Of a stretch of DNA of 64,000 nucleotides, positions 1-7,546 are shown piece after piece; the first letter of the stretch is position 1, and each line of letters starts with the position of its first letter. Under the pieces are notes generated by a model that saw nothing but the letters and a program-made list of their open reading frames with translations, did not search any database and was not told the origin of the DNA. The stretch is from assembly GCA_964429815.1 (NCBI GenBank), contig CAYSCM010000001.1:164240-228239 (forward strand), written 5' to 3'. Origin of the DNA: an uncultured Candidatus Saccharibacteria bacterium. Lineage in GTDB: Bacteria > Patescibacteriota > Minisyncoccia > Phycocordibacterales > CAYSCM01. A program made the translations under genes and the position numbers.

Positions 1-938
1 ACAATAGGCCCCTTTAGCGAATATATAGTTCCTATTCTTTGCGGAAATTCTATAAGATCTTCCACTTCGAAACTTACTGTCTCGGCTTTATCGATTGAAC
101 CCTGTATCGAAGCTTTTTCCCTGGCAAGGTTTAATAACAATTCGGGCATTCCGGAAAAATGTCGAATATTGAATATTTCCGGCAAAAACCAACCGCGATG
201 GCTGCCGAGAGCCAAAAGATACCCCTTATCAGTGTATATGTCGCTGTTCTGTTTTTCTTTTTGTGTGAGCGGAATACGTAAATGACCCATAAGCGTAATT
301 TCGATTACGACAGTTTCAAGCTCACTAGGGCCTATAGGTTTAAAACGTGGATCTCGAGCAGCCATCATAGCCGCCGTGGCAACTGCTTGTCCGATTTCCT
401 TATTTTCTATGATGATGGAGCCGCGAAATTGTCCCTCAATCCAGAATGCTACATCAACATCATTACGTAAGTGTAGACGCGTAGATCTTTGTGGAAGAAT
501 AAATTTTTCATCTCCATTATTGACATAATGTGTAAGTGCATGCCGGGCAATCCTGAATAACTCCTTCTTTTCTTCATTTAATAAACCCCACCGTAATGGC
601 TGCGGTGAAACGTTTCGCTTTTTCGACTCACGTATCTGGATAGTTGGCGAGGAATATAGGATGGCCCACATTTCATCTACTTCCACGGATATCGGTGAAT
701 ATTCGATAATAAATGTTATAGAGTCTTTGGAAGGAGGTGGGGGGATTTCGATAGGATGGTCACCATACGTGAGCGGAAATGAAAAAGAAAAATATCTAAC
801 CTTCCCCTTCCCTCTTAAACAAAGGATGTCCTCTTTATTCGCCAATGTGCTAATAAAAAGAAAAGTTTCTTCAATTTGACGAGAAAAATGTTTGTTAAAA
901 AATCTCTTATGGGGGGTGAAAAAAAAACCCTTTCGCAT
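1..938 (-). CDS. AMMECR1-domain protein, 3' end cut by the window edge (start ATG 938, alternative ATG 671)
   Basis: Absent from the ORF track because it has no stop inside the window. Hand translation of the minus strand stays open from 938 to 1. It reads ...QFRGSIIIENKEIGQAVATAAMMAARDPRFKPIGPSELETVVIEITLM...KGYLLALGSHRGWFLPEIF..., matching AMMECR1 hallmarks (RGxI, DPRF, G-x-LP). The region is visibly AT-richer than its neighbours. Confidence 0.5.
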   Translation of the reverse strand, partial: MRKGFFFTPHKRFFNKHFSRQIEETFLFISTLANKEDILCLRGKGKVRYFSFSFPLTYGDHPIEIPPPPSKDSITFIIEYSPISVEVDEMWAILYSSPTIQIRESKKRNVSPQPLRWGLLNEEKKELFRIARHALTHYVNNGDEKFILPQRSTRLHLRNDVDVAFWIEGQFRGSIIIENKEIGQAVATAAMMAARDPRFKPIGPSELETVVIEITLMGHLRIPLTQKEKQNSDIYTDKGYLLALGSHRGWFLPEIFNIRHFSGMPELLLNLAREKASIQGSIDKAETVSFEVEDLIEFPQRIGTIYSLKGPI

Positions 939-1022
939 GATGAAGGCATCATAACACTCAGAAAATATCTGTAACAAAACTAGAAAAAAACGCTTTGCTC
1001 TGGTAGGATTCGACCACTATCT

Positions 1023-1094
1023 GCCCTCGTCGTTCAATGGATAGGACGCAAGCTTGCGGAGCTTGTAATGTCAGTTCGATTCTGGCCGAGGGCG
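1023..1094 (+). tRNA. tRNA-Arg, anticodon GCG
   Basis: 72-nt cloverleaf folded by hand. Acceptor GCCCTCG/CGAGGGC, D-stem GTTC/GGAC, anticodon stem CAAGC/GCTTG with loop TTGCGGA, T-arm GTCAG-TTCGATT-CTGGC, discriminator G. No encoded CCA. Confidence 0.85.
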
Positions 1095-1095
1095 C

Positions 1096-1252
1096 ACATA
1101 GGGATTTTTGCGCCCGGCCAAAATCGAACGGGAAGGGGTCGGGGAACGGGAGTTCCCCGGGAGGAAAGCAGAGCGAAGCTCGTCGGAAACCATGGGTTTC
1201 TGAAGAGCCACCCTGCGGCGAGTGAGATAGCGAAGCGTCTGGCCGAGGGCGC
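1096..1252 (+). repeat. tRNA-3'-linked structured element, copy A, including a terminal 15-nt direct repeat of the tRNA-Arg 3' end
   Basis: tctggccgagggcgc at 1081-1095 is repeated at 1238-1252. 1110-1129 (gcgcccggccaaaatcgaac) is an inverted copy of tRNA positions 1074-1095. The core (aatcgaacgggaaggggtcggggaacgggagttccccgggagg ... gagtgagatagcgaagcg) is homologous to 63117-63222. Confidence 0.6.
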
Positions 1253-1310
1253 CCATTTCCCAAGCGCCGCTTTTGTGGCATCATCCCGAGAGCTTAGTGA
1301 GGAGAGTTCG

Positions 1311-1913
1311 ATGCTCCGCAAAGCCGTCCCTATGGCGACGGCCGCTGGGCTCGTCGCACTTCTATCAGCCGCTGAACCCCTAGAGACCACCTACAAAACG
1401 CTGACCTACCGGACGTACCGCGTGGATCTTTCCGGTCGTGCAATGGCTCTTACCGAAGAGCGCTACGAGTTTGTGAGCCGCGACCTAAACGGAAGAACTC
1501 GACTGCGTCTCACGGTCCGAAAGCTCCCCGACGGAGAGATCCTCGAGAAAGACATCCCTGTAGTCACGACCCGCTTCGGCAACCTAGAGCGTCGCGGGGA
1601 GCTTCGGTGGAGCCCCTACCGCCCTCGCATCATCGAGCGTGAGTACGACACCCGCATCGACTACACGACTCGAATGGGAGCGCAAAAGATGGCTACCGGT
1701 CGATCATTCATGCTTTCGTATGGACTGCGCGAAGCCACCTACGCCGGGAAAATCTACAAGGCCTTCAAGGTGCGCTCCGACATTTTCGAAAATAACGGAT
1801 CAATGACGCGATACAAGTGCGTGTACGTGTTTGAACTTCGAACTATCGCTTTTTGTCGAGAACAGGGCACCGAAGCTGACATTGAAACCCGACTCGAAAA
1901 GGTTGAGAACTAA
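1311..1913 (+). CDS. secreted hypothetical protein (200 aa)
   Basis: Internal ATG of ORF 1068..1913, preceded by GGAGAG. The N-terminus MLRKAVPMATAAGLVALLSAAEP looks like a signal peptide. The upstream part of the tracked ORF overlaps the tRNA and element A and is not coding. Confidence 0.55.
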   Translation: MLRKAVPMATAAGLVALLSAAEPLETTYKTLTYRTYRVDLSGRAMALTEERYEFVSRDLNGRTRLRLTVRKLPDGEILEKDIPVVTTRFGNLERRGELRWSPYRPRIIEREYDTRIDYTTRMGAQKMATGRSFMLSYGLREATYAGKIYKAFKVRSDIFENNGSMTRYKCVYVFELRTIAFCREQGTEADIETRLEKVEN

Positions 1914-1992
1914 AAACCGCCCCTGGCTAAAACAAAATCTTCGATTTTGTTTGCCCGATCAGCGCAGCTGATCTAGGGAGGCGGTTTTTTCT
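1912..1992. terminator. bidirectional terminator built as a three-way junction
   Basis: The outer stem aaaaaccgcccct / agggaggcggttttt encloses two perfect hairpins: aaaacaaaatc-ttc-gattttgttt and gatcagc-gca-gctgatc. It has A-run and T-run flanks and lies between convergent genes. Confidence 0.55.
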
Positions 1993-2005
1993 TTATGTGG
2001 AGTTT

Positions 2006-2272
2006 TTATGTGGAGTTTTTGCGTACCAAGGCGACGAGGCGGCTCTTTTTGCGGGCAGCGGCACCCGCCTTAATGACGCCACGCTTGGCTGCTTTATCGA
2101 GGGCCTGGAAAGCCTCCGGGAGGAGTTTCAGAGCATCGGCAGCTTTTCCGACAGCGACAAGACGCCGGACCTCAGTCACGGCATCGTGCATCACGCGCTT
2201 GCGGCGCAGGTTGAAAACATACTTGCGCGAAGCATTGCGGATGGCCTTCTTGGCGTTCTTCGTAATCGGCAT
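2006..2272 (-). CDS. rpsT: 30S ribosomal protein S20
   Basis: MPITKNAKKAIRNASRKYVFNLRRKR... from the internal ATG at 2272 of ORF 2006..2308. Confidence 0.9.
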   Translation of the reverse strand: MPITKNAKKAIRNASRKYVFNLRRKRVMHDAVTEVRRLVAVGKAADALKLLPEAFQALDKAAKRGVIKAGAAARKKSRLVALVRKNST

Positions 2273-2346
2273 GGGGAGCACTGTAGCCGAAAACCCGCCA
2301 TGGCGCAACTACGCCGCAAGCGGGTTCTTTGCGGTATTATTGAGCC

Positions 2347-2925
2347 ATGATCGGCAGATTGCGCGGCACCGTTTCCGGAGGGACGGAGCGGGGCCTCATA
2401 CTCGACGTAGGAGGTGTTGGTTATCGCGTCCACACCAACCCCCAAAGCAGCGCAAAGTGGCGCAAGGAACGCGGTGAGATTGTGCTCTACACCCACCTCG
2501 CGGTCCGCGAGGATTCCCTCGACCTCTATGGGTTTGAGACCGAAGAAGAGCTTTCTTTCTTTGAACTTCTCCTCTCCGTCTCGGGGATTGGGCCCAGGTC
2601 GGCGCTCAGCATTCTCGCGGTTGGAGACATTGGCGCGCTGCGAAGGGCAATCGGCGCGGGCGACACCTCCTACCTCACCAAGATCTCCGGGATCGGCAAA
2701 AAAACCGCGGAGCGTATTATTCTTGATCTTCGCGATAAAGCCGGTGGCGGCTCGGCAGAAGAGGCGGCACAACTGCGCGGCGACGTTGATGTGCTCGAAG
2801 CGCTCCGGGCACTGGGGTATGCCGGCAAAGAGGCCCGAGACGCCGTGGTGAAGGTGAGTCGGGAAGGTATGGATACGAACCAAAAACTCAAGGCGGCCCT
2901 GCGCGAGCTCGGCTCCGGCGTATGA
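2347..2925 (+). CDS. ruvA: Holliday junction DNA helicase subunit RuvA
   Basis: MIGRLRGTV...LDVGGVGYRVH...GIGPRSALSIL...ISGIGKKTAERIILDL (HhH motifs). Confidence 0.9.
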   Translation: MIGRLRGTVSGGTERGLILDVGGVGYRVHTNPQSSAKWRKERGEIVLYTHLAVREDSLDLYGFETEEELSFFELLLSVSGIGPRSALSILAVGDIGALRRAIGAGDTSYLTKISGIGKKTAERIILDLRDKAGGGSAEEAAQLRGDVDVLEALRALGYAGKEARDAVVKVSREGMDTNQKLKAALRELGSGV

Positions 2926-4199
2926 GTATCGATTCTTTTCTCAACCTCATTCGACCTCTTATCCCGAAGCCGCTCTTTCGCTTGCTCATTTCTCCCTACC
3001 ACTTTCTTCTCGCGTACGCCGGCGCGCTGAAATATGGCTTTCCCTCAGGCTCTCTTGTCGTCATCGCGGTCACCGGAACGAAGGGAAAGACGAGCACCAC
3101 CGAGCTTCTCAATGCCATCCTGGAAGAGGGCGGCGAAAAAACCGCGCTCGCCAACACTATCCGTTTTAAAGTAGGTACCGATAGCCGTCGCAATCTTTTC
3201 AAAATGACGATGCCGGGGCGCTTTTTCCAACAGCGCTTCCTTGCGCAGGCACGCGACGCCGGGTGCCGCTACGCGATTATGGAAATGAGCTCCGAGGGTG
3301 CGCGCCAACATCGCCATCGTTTCATTGATCTCGATGCGCTTATTGTCACCAATCTTGCGCCGGAGCATATAGAATCCCACGGTTCCTTCGAAGCCTACCG
3401 CGCTGCGAAGCTTTCGATCGGGGTACAGCTTGCGGCCTCCCGCAAAAAGCGCCACCTGCTTGCTCTCAATGCCGATGACGAAAATCTACAACCGTTTTCC
3501 AAACTCCCCGGCGTCGAACTACTTCCCTACTCTCTCGGGAAAGTGGTGCCCTACCGCGGCGACGATTCCGGAAGTGCATTCACCCTCGAGGGTACGACTA
3601 TCCTTTCTAAACTCCCCGGTGTCTTTAACATCTACAACATGCTCGGCGCGGCGACACTCGGGCGCGCACTCGGCGTTCCGCTCGAAACCGTGAAGCACGC
3701 CCTTGAGCGTGTCGACACCATCGCCGGCCGTGCCGAGCGCATCGAAGAAGGTCAAACCTTTCCCGTCATTGTCGACTACGCTCACACACCCGAATCGCTG
3801 GAAGCTCTCTACAAAGCATTCGATGGCTATCGGCGCATCTGCGTGTTAGGAAATACCGGCGGCGGCCGCGACCGCTGGAAGAGACCAAAAATGGCCGCTA
3901 TTGCGGATTCCTACTGTGACGACATACTCCTCACCAACGAGGATCCCTACGATGAAAATCCGCGCGCTATTCTTGCGGATATGGAGAGCGGCATCACGAA
4001 GCGCACTCCGAAGATCGTACTCGATAGACGCGAAGCGATTGCGGAAGCACTTGCGCTCGCGAAAAGCGGCGGCGCGAAAAACGCGGTGCTCATTACCGGT
4101 AAAGGAACAGATCCCTACATCATGGAAGCTCATGGAAAAAAAACGCCCTGGAGCGACGCCAGCGTTACCCGCGAAGAACTTAAGAGGTTGCGCGCGTAG
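2922..4199 (+). CDS. Mur ligase family protein (MurE-like UDP-MurNAc-peptide ligase)
   Basis: P-loop VTGTKGKTSTTELL, DYAHTPESLEAL, NEDPYDENP. The N-terminal region is atypical and hydrophobic. ATGA overlap with ruvA. Confidence 0.7.
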   Translation: MSIDSFLNLIRPLIPKPLFRLLISPYHFLLAYAGALKYGFPSGSLVVIAVTGTKGKTSTTELLNAILEEGGEKTALANTIRFKVGTDSRRNLFKMTMPGRFFQQRFLAQARDAGCRYAIMEMSSEGARQHRHRFIDLDALIVTNLAPEHIESHGSFEAYRAAKLSIGVQLAASRKKRHLLALNADDENLQPFSKLPGVELLPYSLGKVVPYRGDDSGSAFTLEGTTILSKLPGVFNIYNMLGAATLGRALGVPLETVKHALERVDTIAGRAERIEEGQTFPVIVDYAHTPESLEALYKAFDGYRRICVLGNTGGGRDRWKRPKMAAIADSYCDDILLTNEDPYDENPRAILADMESGITKRTPKIVLDRREAIAEALALAKSGGAKNAVLITGKGTDPYIMEAHGKKTPWSDASVTREELKRLRA

Positions 4200-4223
4200 A
4201 GCCTCTGCGCGTAGCATAGATTC

Positions 4224-5174
4224 ATGGCAGAAGGAGGTGGTGGCAAAGGCGCGGGCAGCGATGCACTCTTTGTCATCATGGTGCTGGTCGTCCTCTTTAT
4301 CGTTTGGGCGGCAAGCGGTGGCATCGAGCGGGCCCGCCAAGACCCCGGCTACTTCTTGAAACCTCCAGCGCCGCTCGGCTCCGGCGAGGTCTACGGCAGC
4401 TCTCTGACGCAAGGAGTGCACCAAACCGGAGACGCCATTTCTCAGAGCCTCTCGCAAGCGCAAAGCGAGCTCGGCACAAACATTCCCGTTGGAACACTCT
4501 CTCCGTATCACGGTCTCGTCCATCTCACGACCATAAGCGGTGCAGGTAGCTTCGAGCCAGCGCAGGAATACGTCGAGATCGACTACAACGGGGAGGGTTC
4601 ACAATCTATACCCGTTACGGGATGGCGCATTGTAAGCGCGGTCAGTAATTTCTCCGCCGTACTCCCGCTTGGCACCCGTATCCCCAACTCCGGCGCGCTC
4701 TCCTACACGGAGCCCATATACCTGCGCCCGGGAGAACAGGCCTATATCGTGACCGGCCGCTCGCCCATCGGCTACTCGTTCCTCACCAACAAGTGCGTGC
4801 CATACTTCCAGCAGTTCCAGAACTTTTATCCGAGCCTCTTTAATTCCTGCCCCTACCCGACAGACGAGCTCCTGCGCTCACAAAACCAAGCCGTCCACAC
4901 CGACAACGCCTGCTACGACTTTGTCTCGACGCTTTCCTCTTGCCGGATCTATCTCACACCGCTTGACCCATCGCTCTCCGGAAGCTGCCAGAATTTCGTC
5001 GCTAACACGCTCACTTATACCGGCTGCGTGGAGAATCATCGCGCCGATGCCGACTTCTACGGGCACGACTGGCGAATCTACCTCAATCGTGACCAGTCGC
5101 TCTGGCGGGATCGTCGCGAAGTCATTAAACTCCTCGACCAGAACGGCCGCACGGTCGACGTGTTGACCTACTAA
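4224..5174 (+). CDS. membrane-anchored protein with a lamin-tail-like (LTD) domain and a Cys-rich C-terminus
   Basis: N-terminal TM segment LFVIMVLVVLFIVWAA. EYVEIDYNGEGSQSIPVTGWRIVS resembles the LTD signature. Confidence 0.45.
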   Translation: MAEGGGGKGAGSDALFVIMVLVVLFIVWAASGGIERARQDPGYFLKPPAPLGSGEVYGSSLTQGVHQTGDAISQSLSQAQSELGTNIPVGTLSPYHGLVHLTTISGAGSFEPAQEYVEIDYNGEGSQSIPVTGWRIVSAVSNFSAVLPLGTRIPNSGALSYTEPIYLRPGEQAYIVTGRSPIGYSFLTNKCVPYFQQFQNFYPSLFNSCPYPTDELLRSQNQAVHTDNACYDFVSTLSSCRIYLTPLDPSLSGSCQNFVANTLTYTGCVENHRADADFYGHDWRIYLNRDQSLWRDRREVIKLLDQNGRTVDVLTY

Positions 5175-5209
5175 CTTTGATTTACTACTTAAAGAGACCT
5201 AACGGACGC

Positions 5210-5247
5210 ATACTCAAATTCTAAGCTATAGCTTAGAATTTGAGTAT
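5210..5247. repeat. 38-nt perfect AT-rich palindrome, copy 1
   Basis: atactcaaattctaagcta|tagcttagaatttgagtat. A near-identical copy lies at 36497-36534. Confidence 0.85.
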
Positions 5248-5268
5248 CGAGAAAGCTATATTCTCTGG

Positions 5269-5748
5269 CTACACTCCCTGCACGTAAGCAAGAGCGATGC
5301 CCGCAGCGACGGAGACGTTGAGCGATTCTTTAGAACCTCGCATAGGGATTTCAGCGAGGACGTCGGCACCCTCGAGAAGGTTCTGACTGATTCCCTCGGT
5401 CTCGCTGCCGAGTATGAGGAGAATATGTTTGCCCTTTGGCAGAGCCGACACGGAGATCGAGCCGCTCCCCTGCTCGAGCGCGGCTATGAAAAAACCTTTC
5501 GCACGGTACGTGTCGATGACGGGGAGCCCCGCCTCGGTGTGCTCCCACTTCACCGTTTGTTCGGCGCCGAGGGAAACTTTGGCGAAATCCGCTCGAGCTC
5601 TTCCGAAGCGGTCGAGCGGAGTTGGTGTAGTGCCAACGCAGTAGATTCTTAAAACAGCAAAAGCATCTGCGGTGCGGAAAATTGAGCCGACGTTGTGGAC
5701 ACTTCGGATATTGTCGAGTATCAGCACGGTCTTTCGCCGTTGACTCAT
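5269..5748 (-). CDS. SpoU/TrmH-family RNA 2'-O-methyltransferase (159 aa)
   Basis: Internal ATG at 5748. NIRSVHNVGSIFRTADAF, ILGSETEGIS, IPMRGSKESLNVSVAAGIALA. Confidence 0.8.
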   Translation of the reverse strand: MSQRRKTVLILDNIRSVHNVGSIFRTADAFAVLRIYCVGTTPTPLDRFGRARADFAKVSLGAEQTVKWEHTEAGLPVIDTYRAKGFFIAALEQGSGSISVSALPKGKHILLILGSETEGISQNLLEGADVLAEIPMRGSKESLNVSVAAGIALAYVQGV

Positions 5749-6010
5749 GGGGGTTGGGCTAATAGTATCGAAAAAAGAGATCCTGAGGAGTTGGTAATGG
5801 CGAAGGGTGGGCGACGTAGCGACTGGCGCAATGGAAAACGAAAAGACCACGAGGAGTGTGAGAGGTTCAATCTCAAGCGTAAATCCTTTGAGCGTGGCTG
5901 CATCCGGTGCGGGCAAGGTCCCGTGGACCATACCCGCCGATGTGTACGATGTAAAACCCAAGAATCGAGGCCCGAATAGGGCCTCTTACTTTTTAGGGTA
6001 TACTTTTCCC

Positions 6011-6412
6011 ATGCTCAACCCATTCCCCTACGTTCTCTCCTTCGGTGCATTCGCACCGCTGCTTATTCGACTTTCTGTTTCTCTCTTTCTCATGCTTGCC
6101 GCACGCCACCTCTGGCAAAATCGGCAGCGCGCAGTCGCGGAACTTCTCCCCAAACTAGGCTCGCTCGCGTGGCCAAAATTCTATGGCCTCCTCGGTATAG
6201 AAGTGGCTGCAGCGCTCTCACTTTTTCTCGGATTCTATACGCAAATCGGTGCCATAGCCGGTATGGTTGTCTTTCTGGGACTCCCCTACGCATTGAAGCG
6301 TTTCCCCTCGCTCTCTCCCTGGACCTACGCGCTTCCGCTTCTTCTTGCGCTCCTCTCTCTGACTCTTCTCATAACTGGGGCGGGTATCTACGCCTTCGAC
6401 TATCCGTTTTAA
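6011..6412 (+). CDS. DoxX-like small membrane protein
   Basis: Internal ATG at 6011 of ORF 5807..6412. Four hydrophobic segments. The DoxX-like assignment is weak. Confidence 0.45.
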   Translation: MLNPFPYVLSFGAFAPLLIRLSVSLFLMLAARHLWQNRQRAVAELLPKLGSLAWPKFYGLLGIEVAAALSLFLGFYTQIGAIAGMVVFLGLPYALKRFPSLSPWTYALPLLLALLSLTLLITGAGIYAFDYPF

Positions 6413-6416
6413 CAAG

Positions 6417-6490
6417 TCCGCCCGGCAGGACTCGAACCTGCGACCTTCTCCTTAAAAGGGAGCGGCTCTACCAAACTGAGCTACGGGCGG
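6417..6490 (-). tRNA. tRNA-Lys, anticodon TTT
   Basis: 74-nt cloverleaf. CCGCCCG/CGGGCGG acceptor, GCTC/GAGC D-stem, loop CTTTTAA, T-arm GCAGG-TTCGAGT-CCTGC, discriminator A. Confidence 0.9.
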
Positions 6491-6503
6491 ATGTGCGCTC
6501 ACA

Positions 6504-6533
6504 TTATAGCGAAAGGATGAATTGCTCAAGCGG
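6504..6533 (-). repeat. displaced copy of the holA-like 3' end (encodes PLEQFILSL-stop)
   Basis: The minus strand reads ccg ctt gag caa ttc atc ctt tcg cta taa. Compare the real gene end at 8450-8479 (ALEQFILSI-stop) and the copy at 7483-7512. Confidence 0.65.
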
Positions 6534-6568
6534 AAAGGAAGAAACCCCACTTGCGTGGGGCTTCAAGG

Positions 6569-7198
6569 TTAACCTTCGTTCTCGAATCTCTCTTTAACGA
6601 AAGTAAGGAACTGTGAACTTACGACCGTCATGGCGGTCATGAGGCCGTATAAGATTACGAAGGTTATCACGGTCCAGAATGTTGACAGGGTCCTGCTGAA
6701 GATGGTCATCCAAGCGAAATAGAATACCATAACTGCGATGAGCCAGCTGCCAACATCCAAGTTGCGAAGTGTTATGGGACGAAGCCATTCGCATCGTTCG
6801 AAATACTTCGGCTTGCACTGCGCCCGAACATAAAAACGGGTAATGATCGCAGCGATGCCGAGGGCACTCATGAGAACAAACCACCAGTGTGATAATTCTC
6901 CCATTTTCAGTATCGCAGCGTACTCCAAGAAACCTAGCATGTAGGGAAATGCAACATCGGGGAAACGTGGTGTCGTTCTCATAATGAGTATCCACCAAGA
7001 GTATTCCGTTACTACCAGAAGTATTGCACACAATACTGCAAAAGCTTGAAGATAGAGCAACACGGACTCTTTTGTTTCTGCCATCCTCAAGATCAATCCA
7101 CCAAGAGCGATGCTTTGGATTACTCCAAGCGAGGTGAGGTATGAAGAGGCAAAAAGTTCTTCAGAACGTCTCCGGAACTCGGCAGCATTTAGGGGCAT
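6569..7198 (-). CDS. multi-pass membrane protein of unknown function (cassette 1)
   Basis: ATG at 7198 preceded by GGAGG. Several hydrophobic helices. An intrinsic terminator (ccccac-ttgc-gtgggg plus T-run on the minus strand) lies at about 6541-6562. A paralog lies at 7547-8177. Confidence 0.6.
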   Translation of the reverse strand: MPLNAAEFRRRSEELFASSYLTSLGVIQSIALGGLILRMAETKESVLLYLQAFAVLCAILLVVTEYSWWILIMRTTPRFPDVAFPYMLGFLEYAAILKMGELSHWWFVLMSALGIAAIITRFYVRAQCKPKYFERCEWLRPITLRNLDVGSWLIAVMVFYFAWMTIFSRTLSTFWTVITFVILYGLMTAMTVVSSQFLTFVKERFENEG

Positions 7199-7314
7199 GA
7201 CAGCCTCCATAGTCGGTTAGAACTTTTCGAAGCGACCTTACCGCAGAATCTTGCAAAAATCAATAAATATGTTATCATACTTTCTGGCAAGCTAGATTTT
7301 TGAAGGAGACGCAG

Positions 7315-7431
7315 ATGCAAGAAAGCCCTCAAAAGGAACAGGGGTTTTGGGATCGGTGGGGTACTCTGGTCTTCATCGGTCTACTCTTTGGGACCATGGC
7401 TGTAGTCGCGGCAAGCAAGCACTTCGCTTAG
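7315..7431 (+). CDS. 38-aa single-TM peptide (MQESPQKEQGFWDRWGTLVFIGLLFGTMAVVAASKHFA)
   Basis: Below the ORF-track cutoff. GAAGGAG Shine-Dalgarno. Upstream TTGCAA-16nt-TATCAT promoter-like site. Downstream hairpin ggcccc...ggggcc plus T-run. A paralog lies at 8285-8392. Confidence 0.5.
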   Translation: MQESPQKEQGFWDRWGTLVFIGLLFGTMAVVAASKHFA

Positions 7432-7482
7432 CGTCCCACGAACGGGCCCCGATGGTTTTTCATTGGGGCCTTTTCTTTTTCC

Positions 7483-7512
7483 TTAAATAGAAAGAATGAA
7501 ACGCTCAAGCGC
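7483..7512 (-). repeat. displaced copy of the holA-like 3' end (encodes ALERFILSI-stop)
   Basis: The minus strand reads gcg ctt gag cgt ttc att ctt tct att taa. Confidence 0.65.
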
Positions 7513-7546
7513 GAAAAAATAAGCCCCGCATACGCGGGGCTCGGGT

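Noticed and set aside
1160-1175. GGGAGGAAAGCAGAGC in element A resembles the RNase P P4 motif (GAGGAAAGUCC) and the SRP helix 8 motif (GGAAGCAGCC).
   Set aside because: The element is far too short. The motif is not conserved in copy B. A duplicated RNase P or SRP gene behind tRNAs is implausible.
1080-1238. The idea that the insert is a self-splicing group I intron in the T-loop (it ends in G before the repeat, and an internal sequence pairs with the upstream exon), or that it contains a hammerhead ribozyme (CTGAAGAG in copy A).
   Set aside because: About 159 nt is too short for a group I core, and no U-G wobble is present at the putative splice site. The first tRNA copy is already complete without splicing. 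The CTGAAGAG region is not conserved in copy B and no GAAA/stem III partner exists. I keep this only as an outside possibility.
1037-1310. Tracked ORFs across element A (1037..1225 and the 5' part of 1068..1913), and the matching ORF 63029..63292 across element B. They share the peptide SNGKGSGNGS.
   Set aside because: They overlap tRNA genes. The two copies differ by 1-nt and 16-nt indels, so the shared peptide is confined to one short stretch. Substitutions are compensatory in hairpins. Conservation is therefore at the nucleotide/RNA level, not at the protein level.
5210-5247. Calling the 38-nt palindromes plain rho-independent terminators.
   Set aside because: Copy 1 has no U-tract on either side. 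Copy 2 has one only on the non-coding strand. Other terminators in this window are GC-rich with clear U-tracts. A terminator role is not excluded, but it does not explain the mirrored substitution.
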